This document shows positions 49,991 to 63,349 of a DNA stretch of 64,000 nt, piece after piece. Every line of letters starts with the position of its first letter. The stretch's first letter is position 1. The DNA comes from the human T2T-CHM13v2.0 reference genome, Homo sapiens. The notes beneath the pieces were generated by a model, which worked only from the letters and a program-made list of their open reading frames with translations, ran no database searches and was not told where the DNA came from. The DNA is taken from assembly GCF_009914755.1 (NCBI RefSeq), contig NC_060925.1. One strand, written 5' to 3'. Made by a program: the position numbers and the translations under genes.

Positions 49991-52049
49991 ACTGCGGTCC
50001 TTTCAACAATAAAATAAGTTAGTAGCAACACATTCTAATTGTTCTTCTAAGCTGGGCTAACATCTGTTAAGTGTGTGAATTTAAGAATTTAAGAGTTTCC
50101 TGGCTTTCTTCTGGAGACAGGAAAATACAGCTATGTGAGATCTGGACATTTTTTTTTTTAAGGCACAGTGTTAAAGAGCAACTTTACGTGCCCCGATCAT
50201 TAAAAAAAGCAAAATACATTTGACCCAAAATGGGACATAGTTGAACAAAAATGGGTCTTCAATCATTTGGAAATGCTAACATGCTGACTGCCTGATTAAA
50301 CACAATTTGTATTGTCAATAAAAAATGCAAATGACTATTTTACTGGCAAATACAGCATTAGATTTTGCTTGATATGAGGATTAAATTGCATTTCAAGAAC
50401 AATTCAGGAGGTCAAATTATAAATGAACATCCCCTTTCATTGTCCTTAGATTCTGGAGGCCACGATAGGAAATACAATAACAAAATTAATTGCCTGCCAC
50501 TGTGTGCCATTTCAGTTAAAATAAAATCCATGCCAGTTTTGTGTAGTGGAGAATAATATTTAAGCCCCCAAATGGGTCCTGTAATTTAGTGCATAATTCC
50601 TTGAAATTTACATGGCATACCCTTGCTCATCTGAATCAACTGATAAACTCTCTTTTATTTGTATTAATGAAAATGAGGATTAAAAGGTCGAGAATCCACA
50701 TAGTGTAGATACCAAAAGCATGGGCACCATTTTAAAACCTTTTAGTCAATCTGGCCCAGAACTAAATCAAGTACACAGGAATTATGTTTGACTGCAAATA
50801 TTCCCTGGTTACAAATAGGAATAAGACATGCATTTTGAATCCCACAGAAAAATATGGAACCACAGATGTTGCTTTTGAGCATCTTTATTTCTGAAATTAC
50901 AAATAATCATTGTTGGCATCTGCAAGTAGAAAAACCAAAAAAGCAAAGAAATACCTCATCACTGCATTATGATGTGATAAAACCTCAGGATGGCAGGCAG
51001 CCGGCATGGCATTAACGCAGTTGTGCATTTACATTCAGAGATGCACATGTCATTTTGGTTAAACATCATTGCCCAATTTTCGAAATTTCCCCTTGTTATT
51101 TTTTTCTCCACATTTTTCGCATTAACTTCAAGTAAGACAAGTTTACACAACCTCTAATACCTTGTTATAGCTCTTGTCGTTTTCTTTCTGAAGGCTGGAA
51201 TGTATTTCCAGTGCTGTTGGTAAACACGACTAATCCAAGAAGAAATTAAAATGACACTCTGATTGCATAGGATGAATAAACAGAGAACCAAATAAAAGGA
51301 TTTGGTTTAACTGACATTGTTGGGCAATTTAGGCAAAATTTGGATTCAGAAAACACTGAAATAAGAAATGCACTAGAAATAGGTATAATGCAGCCCAAGT
51401 ATGCTAATGTTACCAGGAGATTCTGAACAACTTCTTTGGAACTCACAGCAACACTAGGAAGGAGTTTTGATTCCTGTGTGTCAGGCATCATTCTACAAGC
51501 TTGCAAACAAACTCAGTTAATCTACACAACAGTTCTAGTAGGTAGGTGCTTATCACCGTTTCCTTTTTACAAATTAAGCATGCAGGATTTAAGTAATTTG
51601 TCCATGGTCATGCAGGAGGTGTGGCTTTTGAGTCTGGGCTCTTAACCATAACATTATTCTGCCCCTTACAAGAATCCAGATGTTACCCCTCTATGTCTAC
51701 CCTGTTGATTACAGTAATTGTCCTAAGCAATCTGTATTTGTTATTTATATGTGTTGTAAGTATCCAAATAGATGTCACTTTCCCATTTTACAGATAAGGA
51801 AATAGACTCAAGGCTAAATGAGTCTGCTCAAGGTCGCCCTCCCAGCATGTGACACGGCAGGATTGGAACTCTAAAGGCAACCTCCTTCTACACAGTATTG
51901 CCTCTCCCTCCCCAACATCAGCTCCTCTAGGTAGTACTCACAAACAGAGAGTGTGTTATCCAATCAGTGACACTGATTCTTCAACTGTTCAGTGTCCTGG
52001 GTCTCAGTGTCTGGCACCTAAGCATTTGAATATCAACAGCACTTGAATG

Positions 52050-52690
52050 TCTCTACCTAGAATCCAAACCTCTCATCAACCACACAGCTAAAGCCTCCTG
52101 CAAGCCACCATCCCCTTTCTCATGGACTACTGTAACAGCTTTCTGGCTGCAGTCTCTGCTCCTCCTCGAACTTTCCTAAAATTTATTTTCAAAATAGAAC
52201 CCAGATTCTTTTATGATATTATAAAGCTCTCTATGAACTTCCCACCTTATCCCCTTTATTTCTCTGACCACCACTCTTGGTATCCCTTGCCCTGTTCCAG
52301 GCACACCTGCCTCTTCACCATCCTTCAAACACACAGGGCTCACCCCTGCCTTTGCATCTGCTGTTCTCTCTGCCCCAGGGATCACAAGAGAAGACTCCTG
52401 CAGCCTCCTTGGAGCCTTTGCTCAAATGCCACTGTCTTAGGGAAGCCTTCCTCAGTTTCCCTATTTAAAATTACAAACCCCACTCTCTGTACTCTCAGTG
52501 TCTCTCCTATGTTTTTTTTCCTGAACACTTTATAATGTACCCTGTAATTTACACATTTATTTTGTGTAATCCCATGATGGCAGAATCTGGTTGGTTTACT
52601 GCTGTATCTTCAGCACCTAGAAGAGCAGCGCCTGGTGAGAGAGCAAGCACTTATGAATATTTGTGCCAGTGAGTGAATGAAGAAAGGATG
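52050..52690 (+). mobile_element. L2a 3' fragment
   Basis: ggactactgtaacagct, gcctttgcatctgctgttctctctgcc, ctcaaatgccactgtcttagggaagccttcc, actgctgtatcttcagcacctagaa. Confidence 0.85.
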
Positions 52691-52782
52691 AAGTGCATCC
52701 TCCCACTGCTGGGGCTTCCCTGCTCATCGGCAACAGGCCAGTGGCACCTGTATTCCACTAGAAAGTTCCAGGACACCAAGGT

Positions 52783-52941
52783 CTCTCCCTTTCCTTTTCC
52801 CTTTCCCTTTCCCTTCCCTCCCCTCCCTTCCCTTCCCTTCCCTTCCCTCCTTCCTTGCTTCCTCCTTTTTTCTCTCTCTCTTCCTCACTCTCTTCTCTCT
52901 CTTTTCTCCCTCCTCCTCCTCCTCCTTCTTCTTCTTCTTCT
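52783..52941. repeat. ~160-bp polypyrimidine tract (CCTTT/CCTTC/CTT), probably an expanded Alu tail
   Basis: Almost exclusively C/T and directly abuts the Alu 3' end. Confidence 0.9.
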
Positions 52942-53224
52942 GAGACAAGGTTTCACTCTGGTTGCCCAGGATGGAATGCAGTGGTACAATCACAATTCAC
53001 TGCAGCCTCAACTTCCCAGTTTCAGGTGACTCTTCCACCTCAGCCTCCAGAGTAGCTGGGACTATAGGCACACACCACCACACCTGGCTAATTTTTGCAT
53101 TTTTAGTAGAGATGAGGTTTTGCCGTGTTGCCCAGGCTGGTCTCGAACTCCTGGGCTCAAGAGATCTGCCCACCTCACCCACCCAAAGTGCTGGGATGAC
53201 AGGAGTGAGCCACCGCACCCAACC
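52941..53224 (-). mobile_element. AluJb-like element
   Basis: gttgcccaggctggtctcgaactcctgggctcaag. Confidence 0.92.
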
Positions 53225-54080
53225 TCATGCTTTCTTATTCTCTCTTTACCTTCCTTCTCCATTCCCCTTCTCTGCTTCCTGGAAAGACAGAGTTTTCCCT
53301 GAAAAACCTAAATCCTTAACATAATAAGGAACACAGAGATCCCTTATTATGTTGAACTACCTCATTTTAGATGGTAGCTGTGCATATATGTATTAAAAAA
53401 TAATAGGCATTTGTCCTTCTTTTGCAGTGGTCATTCTCAATATCTATCTGGTAGACTGAACCCAAGGATATAAGGCTATTTTTATGCAAGTTTCTGTTCA
53501 AAATGTAGAAATAAGCTGATATCAAATATAACCTTTTAGAAGCAAATGGATGTTGCAAAACCCATATGTAGTATCTATTTCTGCTTAGTACTGGGCAGTA
53601 AGTTGGAGCCCCATGAAGTTCATAACTCTTCATGCAATCATTGTTCAGGATGTGATAATGGAAAAACTATAGTCTTTGAAAACCACAGTCTTGTGTACTA
53701 GTCATGGCCCTGCCCTGACAGGATCAGGGGCCCCAAGTCATCTTGGCTCTGTTGTCTCAACTATAAGGTTACCAAGAATTCCTACTTTGTGAGTTTACTG
53801 AGAGGAACAAATGAAGTAATGTATGTGTAAGAACTTTGTAAGTGCTAAATATTTAGAAGCTATAAGTCCGAAAGGCTAAGTTACTTACCTTTTTTAAGCC
53901 TTTGCTCCCTCCTCTGTAAAATAGGGATAAGGAAGAGTTCACTCTTGAATGAAGATCGGATGCGAGAAGGTGTATATCAAAGCCTGACATGCAGTTCCCA
54001 CTCAGGACATGTCTGTTACTGTAATGTTACTGCTCACTTCCTTCTTACTGACTTAGGAAAAAAATACGGCTTCTTTCTTT

Positions 54081-54393
<313 letters not shown>

Positions 54394-55949
54394 GGCTTCT
54401 TTCTTTAAACGTTTAATACATTGTTTTCAAAGCCTTTAACAAAGCAGTCTGTTACATTCCTATCACTAAATTGCTATTTCTAAGTGTACACTTAAGAATG
54501 TAAAGTGGAAATAAGAAGTGATTACAGACCAATGATTTCAGGCTGACACATTAATTGAGCTGGTATGTTTAAGGTCCTAACAGTCTCATTTTAAAAAGTC
54601 ACCTTTTAATCAAAATCCAACCAGTATTTGCTGAACACACACTATGTGCACACTACCATATTAAATGCTTTCAAGGATTATAATTAGAAATACGGGTTGA
54701 ATTTAAAAATTAATATATGGTCCCATGTAGTTGCCTTCACAATATAGTTATGACAAAATGACACTTAGTACTGAAAACTTAAGCATCAACAAAAGGTTCT
54801 AATGTTTCAGCAATAGATATGTTACTCTGAAGCATCACTTAATTAATTTTCAAGTCATCGCCAGGGAGGTAGAGCTCGGGAGGTTTGTGGAGATAGCAGA
54901 GACTAGCAGAATCTAGGATGGTTTCGATTCATTCAAAGGATTCATCCTGTAATGAGCATTTCTGATGCTGGTCACTCAAACCTGTTTGGAAGATGCCAGG
55001 GAGCAGAAGCAAAATCTCGATGCTCTTCAAGTTACCCCAACTAGAAGGGGTTTTACAAAGAAGGCATTACGGCAGGCTTACCCTCATCTGATTCATTTGC
55101 AAGTGGGAAGGAGAGGTAACACCATTTAGTTGACTTAAACTCTTCTACAGAAAGAGAAAACACCAAACAAAAATGCAGATCACTGAACTCTGGAAATCCT
55201 AATACAGAACTAAGGCAAATTAATGCCTGTACACAAGTTCATTCTTCTTGATTACATTTAAAAGCCTGTCATCAATTTGCATGTGTTCTGTGTTGGAAAA
55301 TATGCACTCTGGATCTAATGAGGAGAAGACAGTGAAAATCCATTCCACTGCATGGCTTGGGAAAACCTCTGCATTGGTGTGTCATGGCCTATAAAGTCTG
55401 TCTATCAGATATGCTGTACTTGAATTGATCGGGCAGCCATCTGTATTGATTTGTGCAGCCACCGTGGAAACGCAGTCACTGTAACCATTTGCTAGGCTAT
55501 GTGGAGACACAGTCTACATTTGCTTCAATTCCTTTGGCGGATGCAGTGTGCAAGGTATATCTGGCTAGCCCAGGTCAGTGTCTAACAATAGGTAACATTT
55601 ATTAGTATCAGTCTTGTGCCTGGCCTCAAAGTGTTGAAGCACACACTGTGTCATTTATTGCTCACCACCAACCAGCCTAGGTGTGTGTACTCTGAGGAAG
55701 CCGAAGTACGGAGTTTTAATGGGTGCAGAAGTTTTCACTGCTGGTAAACAGCACCATCTGATGCCAGCACCTGGGCTCTGAACTACAAGAAGGGCCCTCC
55801 TGCACAAGTCCCACACTGAACACTCACTTTACCTCTTTTAATCTTTCCACCACTTGTGGATGACAGGCACAATGATCCCAGGGAAGGAAGGCTCAAGAGA
55901 GCTAATTTATTTGCCCAAGAAGTATAAGAGCTGGGTTTTGACTGGCAGC

Positions 55950-56150
55950 CAGCACTTACACAGCCCTTATTGTGCCCAGGTGCTGTTCTAAGAGCAGCAG
56001 CATGAGGTGCCCGTTGGTCCCATTTTACAGACGAGGACATTGGAACCCAAAGAAATCATCACTTATCAAGGCTACATGGCTGGTAAATGGCAGGGCAGGT
56101 TCTGGGGTAGGCAGTCCAATCTCAAAATCTATGCTCTTAACCCCCATGTG
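55950..56150 (-). mobile_element. MIR
   Basis: cccattttacagacgaggacattgga...ctggtaaatggcagggc...atgctcttaacc. Confidence 0.75.
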
Positions 56151-57039
56151 CCATCTCTAATCTAGGGTTCCCTACATCCAAATGGAGATTTGGACCCTGA
56201 TTCTTCCTACCTTCAAATCTGACCCAGTCTGCCAGGTTCATTCTCTATCACACAGCTGGGAAGAAGCTGGGAGATTATCTAGCACCAAACCTTAGTTTTA
56301 ACACTCAGCAAACAAATCACAGGACTCACTTCTGTGCACTGTGAATTTTTCATTTGCCTACCCTATGCCTATAAACACCTGTCAATAAAATGATTCATTA
56401 GACAGGAATATCAGAAACTAATTTAAATAAGCAAAGGGACATTCCTTTTAACCCTTCAATTTCTAACCCCCAGAATTTGGGTTTTTATTCAAATACCCAG
56501 GATTGGAGTGTATGTGTGTGTATGAAACAAAGGGTCCTTCAAAAACAGAGAGAGAAAACTCTTTTGATTTTTTTTCTCTTTCTTTTTTTGAGCTGTTAGA
56601 CTCTCAATTTAAACTCTTTTAGAACAAAAAACTGATCTCGTCTGCTGTATTCACAGCATTTCCCAAACATTAAGAGTACACAGGTCCCCCGAAAAAGATT
56701 ATTACCAACAGTTCACTAAAAAGAAGTGTTCTCCACTCATCTAATGGTCAAACAGGTTCAGGGAATGCTACGTGTAAGAACCTCCTTTTGATGCTATAGA
56801 CAGCACGCTGTACAGTGAAAGCACTGAGAAGCTCCTAGGTGATGCCATCTGTCACTGTTCAACATTAGGTGATGTTAATTGCCAACATTGTCTGGTACCT
56901 TATGCCAGGCATTATCCTAAGTGTATTCCATGACTTACCATATTTCATCCTGAACACAGCCCTTTGGGATAGGTACTATTATTATGCCAATGGAGGAAAT
57001 TGAGACAGGGTTAAGTTACTGACTTATACATAGTTTGCT

Positions 57040-57420
57040 CCAACCTTTCAGAACAACTCAGAAGTTCTCAAAATGAACCTTGTTCCTTCTCACCTTTTTG
57101 CCTTTGTGGGAGACCATTTCCTCTGCCTGGAACTTCCTTCCAACCCTTCTCACCTGGCTGATTCCTATGTATCCTTTGAGTCTTTTCTCCACAGGATCTT
57201 CTATTATCATTCCCTCCATGTCAGCTCAAAAGTTCCTTCACTGTACACTCTGTTCCCTGCAGCTACTATGCTGTATTATAAGAATGTTTTTATGTGTCTG
57301 CCTCTGTGCTGAGTTTCTTCATGGAAGGGTTCATATTTTGTTATTTCTTTATCCCTAGTGCATTTGCCAAAAGCATAGCACTTGGCAAATAGTGGATGCT
57401 CAATAAACGCTTGCTAAGGG
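57040..57420 (+). mobile_element. L2 3' fragment
   Basis: ttcctctgcctggaac...cacttggcaaatagtggatgctcaataaacgcttg. Confidence 0.75.
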
Positions 57421-57522
57421 AAAAACAAAAAAATAAAAGCAATAAGCAACAACTCCCTATCTAAGACAGGAATATTATTTGCAGGAAAGCAATTCAAGGA
57501 TGATCATACTAATAAGTGCTCT

Positions 57523-58887
57523 TGTGTCCGAAATTGGTGGGTTCTTGGTCTCACTGACTTCAAGAATGAAGACGCGGACCCTGGCGGTGAGTGTTACAGT
57601 TCTTAAAGGTGGCCTGTCCGGAGTTTGTTCCTTCTGATGTTCGGATGTGTTCACAGTTTCTTCCTTATGGTGGGTTCGTGGTCTCGCTGGCTCAGGAGTG
57701 AAGCTGCGGACCTTCGCGGTGAGCGTTACAGCTCTTAAGGAGGCGTGTCTGGAGTTGTTGGTTCCTCGCGGTGGGTTCGTGGTCTCGCTGGCTTCAGGAG
57801 TGAAGCTGCAGACCTTTGCGGTGAGTATTACAGCTCATAAAGGCAGTGTGGACCCAAAGAGTGAGCAGCAGCAAGGTTTATTGCAAAGAGAGAAAGAACA
57901 AAGCTTCCACAGCTCAGAAGGGGACCCGAGCGGGTTGCCAGATATTTTCTTATCTGGCCCCACCCACTTCCTGCTGATTGGTAGAGCCCAGTGGTCTGTT
58001 TTGACAGGGCGCTGATTGGTGCATTTACAATCCCTGAGCTAGACACAAAGGTTCTCCACGTCCCCACCAGATTAGCTAGATACAGAGTGTCCACATAAAG
58101 GTTCTCCAAGTCCCCACCAGAGTAGCTAGATACAGAGTGTCAATTGGTGCATTCACAAACCCTGAGCTAGACACAGGGTGCTGATTGGTGTGTTTACAAA
58201 CCTTGAGCTAGATATAGAGCACCGATTGGTATATTTACAATCCCTTAGCTAGACATAGAGGTTCTCCAAGTTCCCACCAGACTCAGGAGCCCAGCTGGCT
58301 TCACCCAGTGGATCCTGCACCAGGGCCACAGGTGGAGCTGCCTGCCAGTCCCGCACCGTGCGCCCGCACTCCTGAGCCCTTGGGTGGTCGATGGGACTAG
58401 GTGCCATGGAGCAGGGGGCTGCGCTCATTGGGGAGGCTCCGCCGCACAAGAGCCCACGGAGGTCGGGGGAGGCTCAGGCATGGTGGGCTGCAGGTCCCGA
58501 GCCCTGCCCTGAGGGAAGGCAGCTAAGGCCCGGCGAGAAATTGAGCACAGCAGCTGCTGGCCCAGGTGCTAAGCCCCTCACTGCCTGGGGCCGGTGGGGC
58601 CGGCCGGCCGCTCCAAGTGTGGGGTCCGCGGAGCCCACGCCCACCCAGAACTCGCGCTGGCCCGCAAGCACGGTGTGCAGCCCCGGTTCCCACCGACGCC
58701 TCTCCATCCACACCTCCCCAAAAGCTGAGGGAGCTGGCTCCGGCCTTGGCCAGCCCAGAAAGCGGCTCCCACAGTGCATCAGCGGGCTGAAGGGCTCCTC
58801 AAGTGTGGCCAGAGTGGGCGCCAAGGCCAAGGAGGCGCCCAGAGCGAGCAAGGGCTGTGAGGGCTGCCAGCACACTGTCACCTCTCA
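57523..58887 (-). mobile_element. LTR12 (LTR12C-like, ERV9) solo LTR, sense to DAB1
   Basis: Ends tgtgtccgaaattggtggg...tgtcacctctca; 4-bp TSD ctct at 57519-57522 and 58888-58891; tandem ctgattggt/agctagataca repeats; GC-rich U3. Confidence 0.96.
57950..58270 (-). promoter_or_regulatory. LTR12 U3 repeat array with about five CCAAT (NF-Y) boxes and GATA motifs
   Basis: attgg at about 57977, 58015, 58143, 58184, 58225 (CCAAT on minus strand), the known NF-Y/GATA architecture of the ERV9 LTR. Confidence 0.7.
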
Positions 58888-58894
58888 CTCTGAT

Positions 58895-59125
58895 TGACTG
58901 AGATCCACTGATGTGCCAGCCACTGTGTAAGCACATTACCTAGAGTATATCATTTTATCCTCACCAGAAACCTTTCAGACATTTGAAAATATTATCCCCA
59001 TTTTACAATAAGGCAAACTGAGGCTCAAGAAAGATAATTAACCGGTCCCCACCCACATAACCAGTAAATGGCAGAACCAAGTTACAAACCCAAGATGATC
59101 AGATTCCAAAGTCTTTGCTCTTTGC
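58895..59125 (-). mobile_element. MIR
   Basis: attatccccattttacaataaggcaaactgaggctcaag...gtaaatggcagaacc. Confidence 0.85.
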
Positions 59126-59649
59126 ATACACTGTTCCATGCTGCTACTTTGTAATTTGCACATCTGATTCATTTTGTAACCAGAGCACTGAGATCTCTTC
59201 TAGAACATCATTCTCCTAAGAACACTCTCTCTGCCTAGCTCTTTCTCTTACTGTTAAAGAAAATAAGCTAAGATAGCCTTCAGCTATGCCATCGTGGTGG
59301 TGCTTGGAAAAATTAATCCTGTGCCGTTTTGCATTTGCTGCTTGTGAATCAAACTGTGAAAGCTAATTTAAAAACTTTCACACTTGGTTTGAATGAGGAC
59401 TGTCAGTGCTTGGGGAATGCTAAATTGTACACAATTAGTTCAAACGGTGCTAGCTTAGACTCCCAGCAGCTTCCCAAATGAAAAGGCTCCCACAGTCACC
59501 CTGATGAATCGAGGCGAAGGTTATAGAGGTTTCGGCAAAAACAAGCACAAGCAGTATACGCAGTTCATGATGGCACTGTACACTGATACATCTGTGCTCG
59601 TGTGTAATTCTGTTAAGATGGAGTTCCCTCCCAGGAACAACTGTGCCTC

Positions 59650-59870
59650 ACTGAGATCACAGACTTTGGGGCACACAGACGTGGGCTTGATTCCCAGCTG
59701 CAAGCTGCATGGCCTAGAGTGAGTTACCTAAGCCACAGAAGCCCTCATTTCATCATCTGTAAAATGGGGTAACACTATAGTCAGCATTAAGCTTTGGGAG
59801 GATTTCACAGCATGCATGGAATACCTTGGCTTGGTGCCTCCAAATATCAGAAGCCAGTCAACATTGCTGT
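59650..59870 (+). mobile_element. MIR
   Basis: gactttggggcacacagacgtgggcttgattccc...catcatctgtaaaatgggg. Confidence 0.75.
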
Positions 59871-61779
59871 TGTTATTATGCCTGTCATGTGCTACCCCGA
59901 TAGGATATGCACTGTCCCAGGGCAGAGACCCAGACAGTCTTGTTTATCTGGATGCTCCTGGACCATCTGTATTATCTTAGAGCCCTATCTTCAGGATGAT
60001 TATAATCATTATTAATAATAATAGGATTTGTAATAATCCAGTTTGGACTCTGAAATGGGCCCTAAGTCTTTCCCGATGTTTCAGCAGATTGTAACAGAGG
60101 GAACACTGTGCTGAACTTGGGGACCTGCCCCCTATCGTGGATCTGCCCTTTCCTACAGGCCAGGTGAGCCTGCGCTGATTGTGTGCTCTCCTGGCACATT
60201 ACCTAGCAAATAGCACACCATGGGTGAATGGTTTGGGATGAACTAACATATTTGATCCTGAAACTTCTCATCTGGGAAATGAAAATAATGATAACTGCCT
60301 TAGAGAAAACAGACATAAGGATGGTCAATAAAGGGAAAATAAGGCACATCTCAGAGTAAAGGTGATGAGGAATAAGCCAGAACCAACAGGGGTGACTGAA
60401 AAGCCACTGTTTCTTCTTCAGGCTCCAGCATTAGCAGTGAGTCTGGGACCCTTCCTACACCTAAATCATAAGAACTTTTATGTATGCAACATCTAGTGCT
60501 CGGTTATTTGACTCAGAAATTCTACAATCTTTCATAACTACCAAAGGAAAAAAAGATTTAATAAAAGCATTTTAATAACGGCAGTTCAATTTTAAGGCAA
60601 AAATAACTGTAATTACTTGGAGCCTTCATAACATCTAAAATCTGATTAAAATGTACCACCATTTATGAGCTGTGATGGTTATCCTGTTTCACGGCCCTGC
60701 AATTACTGCCGGTGCCTATGCAACTTATGCATGCAAGAAACTCCAGATTGCTTCTTTTTCACACTTGCATTGTACTCTAATCCCTCAATATCAAGGGCAA
60801 TTTAAATGTACAACATACAAAACAGAAGAAGGAATTAACAGGTGTCAAGTTACTGGTGTGCATCAGGAATTAGTAGGCAGTTTAGAAACATGGCTTATGT
60901 GGATATTATCGTCATCATTTAAAAACGAAAACCCTGAGATCGAGAGAAGAAACCTGTCCAAGGTCAGAGAGCTAGAAAACGGAAGAGGTGAGTGAGGTTG
61001 GAACTTAAAGCTATTCAGTGGCAGCTGCTGTGGTCTTTCACTACGCTACAAAACGGCTTAACTGGGCTGAGCAATGAATCTCAGCTTCATTGTAATCAGC
61101 CCCAGTGTGGCAGTTCTTACTAATTTCAGAGGAAAAAGGGGTGAGGAGGAGTGAGAAGACGGAGGAGGATCCTACATGGTAGTTAATATTTCAGCTTCAA
61201 CTTGACTTCGTAGGTCAGAGCTTACAAGCCTTCTACACATTTTACTTGAAGGTTCCTCAAAGAGATTTTGATGTGAAGGCAGAATTTTTAAACATTCATT
61301 CTTTCAACAAACACAAAGACTAAGTATTCATTCATTAAATAGTGATATGACAATTCTCAGGAGACCTTCCTGGCCACCCGCTATAAAATGGAATCCCAAT
61401 TCTTATCTTTGCTCTTCTACTTATATTTTACTTTGTTATAACACACACAGAGATGCAAATTTATAAATTTATTAATAAATTTCCTTTACATCCTTTATTT
61501 ATTGTCATCTCAGTATACCAAAAATGGAAGCTCTCCTTTGACATGGAATTCTAGGCTGTTTTGTTGTCACTGTTCTCTAGAAGCTGGAAGAGTCTAGAGT
61601 ATAGAAGCTCCTCTGAACATTTGTTCAATAAATGAGTTCATTCACTAAAAGCTGAGGTTACAGCAGTGTACATGAACTGACCAATTTTCAGACACGTATG
61701 CCAAGTTTTCAAGATAGACTGAGGCTCTTTTTAAGTCTCATTACTCCATACTATCTGAATTTGTTAACTACCTCCTTCA

Positions 61780-62070
61780 GTTATTCATTCCATCATTTAA
61801 CAAGCATTTACTGTGTACCTATGGTATGCCAGGCAGTGTTCGGTGCTTGGATTCCAGTTGTGAACAAAATAGGCAAAATCCATGAAGCTTACGTACTGGT
61901 GGAGAAAACCAACAAATAAACCAAAATATACCTTTTCTAATGTTAGGTAGTCATAAAAGCTATGATATCAACCAGAGGAAGGAGAGATTGTGATTACACA
62001 AAGGCAGGAAGGGAGAGCCCATTCAGTGCAGGGCCAGGGAAGGCACTTCTGGGGAGGTGAAGCTGTCAAC
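61780..62070 (-). mobile_element. L2 3' fragment
   Basis: catttaacaagcatttactgtgtacctatggtatgccaggcagtgttc...cagggaaggcacttctggggaggtga. Confidence 0.8.
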
Positions 62071-63349
62071 AAATATGCTTATACAAACTAGGAGAGGATT
62101 TGGGGTCAGCAGGGCAGTGGCAAAGTCCTGCCTCAAATGGGGCAAAACATTTCTCACGGCCCAAACATTTCTCATCTGCAATCTTCAGCTTCCTCACTTT
62201 ATGCAGTAAGAATAATAATACTTGCCCTGCCTACCTTGCAAAATAGGCCTGCTGTGACCAGCAGCAAAATATCCCATTTTTCTCACCCAATATATTAAGG
62301 GGTGGTATTACAGGATTTCTATGATCTCTTCCCGTTCTAATTTGCTAAGATTCTAATGGTATGAAAGAGCTCTGTAAACTCTAATTTGCTGCACAAATGT
62401 ATGAGATAATGGTCAGCACAATTGTGACTTTTATCATTATTCCAATGATCCACTTTGGTTCCAGGGTTCAGAGCCCCCAGCATCAAAGCACTCTTCAGCC
62501 TCATTTATATTTAAGTGATTTCAAGATCTCATTGAAAATGTAAGTTGAATGGTAATTTCATTCCTAGAGATGTTTTGTTGTCCAAGCCATAATTTAAATG
62601 CCCATCCTAAATTCTGCTAATTATCAGCACTAATGAAAGACTGAAATGGCATAGCTAATCCAAAGGCCTATTCTAATTTGGTTTTAGGCTGTATTTCAAG
62701 ATTTTTTTTTTAAGCGGCAGATTTGTCTTCCCAATAGTACTGTGGCTAAGTTACTGCTAAAAGGAGCAAGTGCACAGTAGGCAAGAGATGTCAGGTAAGA
62801 TGAGGGGGTTACTACACTGCTGTTTAGGGATGAGCTTTGGGGTTCCATCACCCCTCTAAAACTGTAAGAAAATTCATTTACTTTCATTCTAACCTCAAGA
62901 AAATGAATTAAACTTGAAACTTTCCAGGTTCCTTTCTAGGTGGAATAGTTGGCTCTTTGATCATCATGACCTGGAACTATCAACAAGGGTATTTGAGCAG
63001 CACAGGAATATAAATTTACCTCGAATAACATATCAGCATGAGCCTGAAGGAGACAAAATTGTATTCAAAACTTGCCGAGTGTTTCCTATATACCAGGCAA
63101 GTTGCTGAGAGATAGGAATCCACAGAGGAGCAAACACTTGTCCCTGCCCCTAGAGGCTCACTATCTGCTGTAGGAGACAGATCACTGATAAAGCAAGTCC
63201 ACTAAATTTTCACAGGGGCTAAAACAGAGCTGTGAACAGGATAGAGGGAGGGCCAAAAGAGAGAGGGTGGTTTTATCAGAGTTTAGAAGGCAAGTCTTCA
63301 TGTTAAAGGTGACCCTTGAGCTATAAAAAATAAATGGTTGCCAAATATT

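Noticed and set aside
57647-58897. Longest ORFs in the track (122-168 aa)
   Set aside because: Entirely within the GC-rich LTR12, overlapping on both strands, with no recognisable protein.
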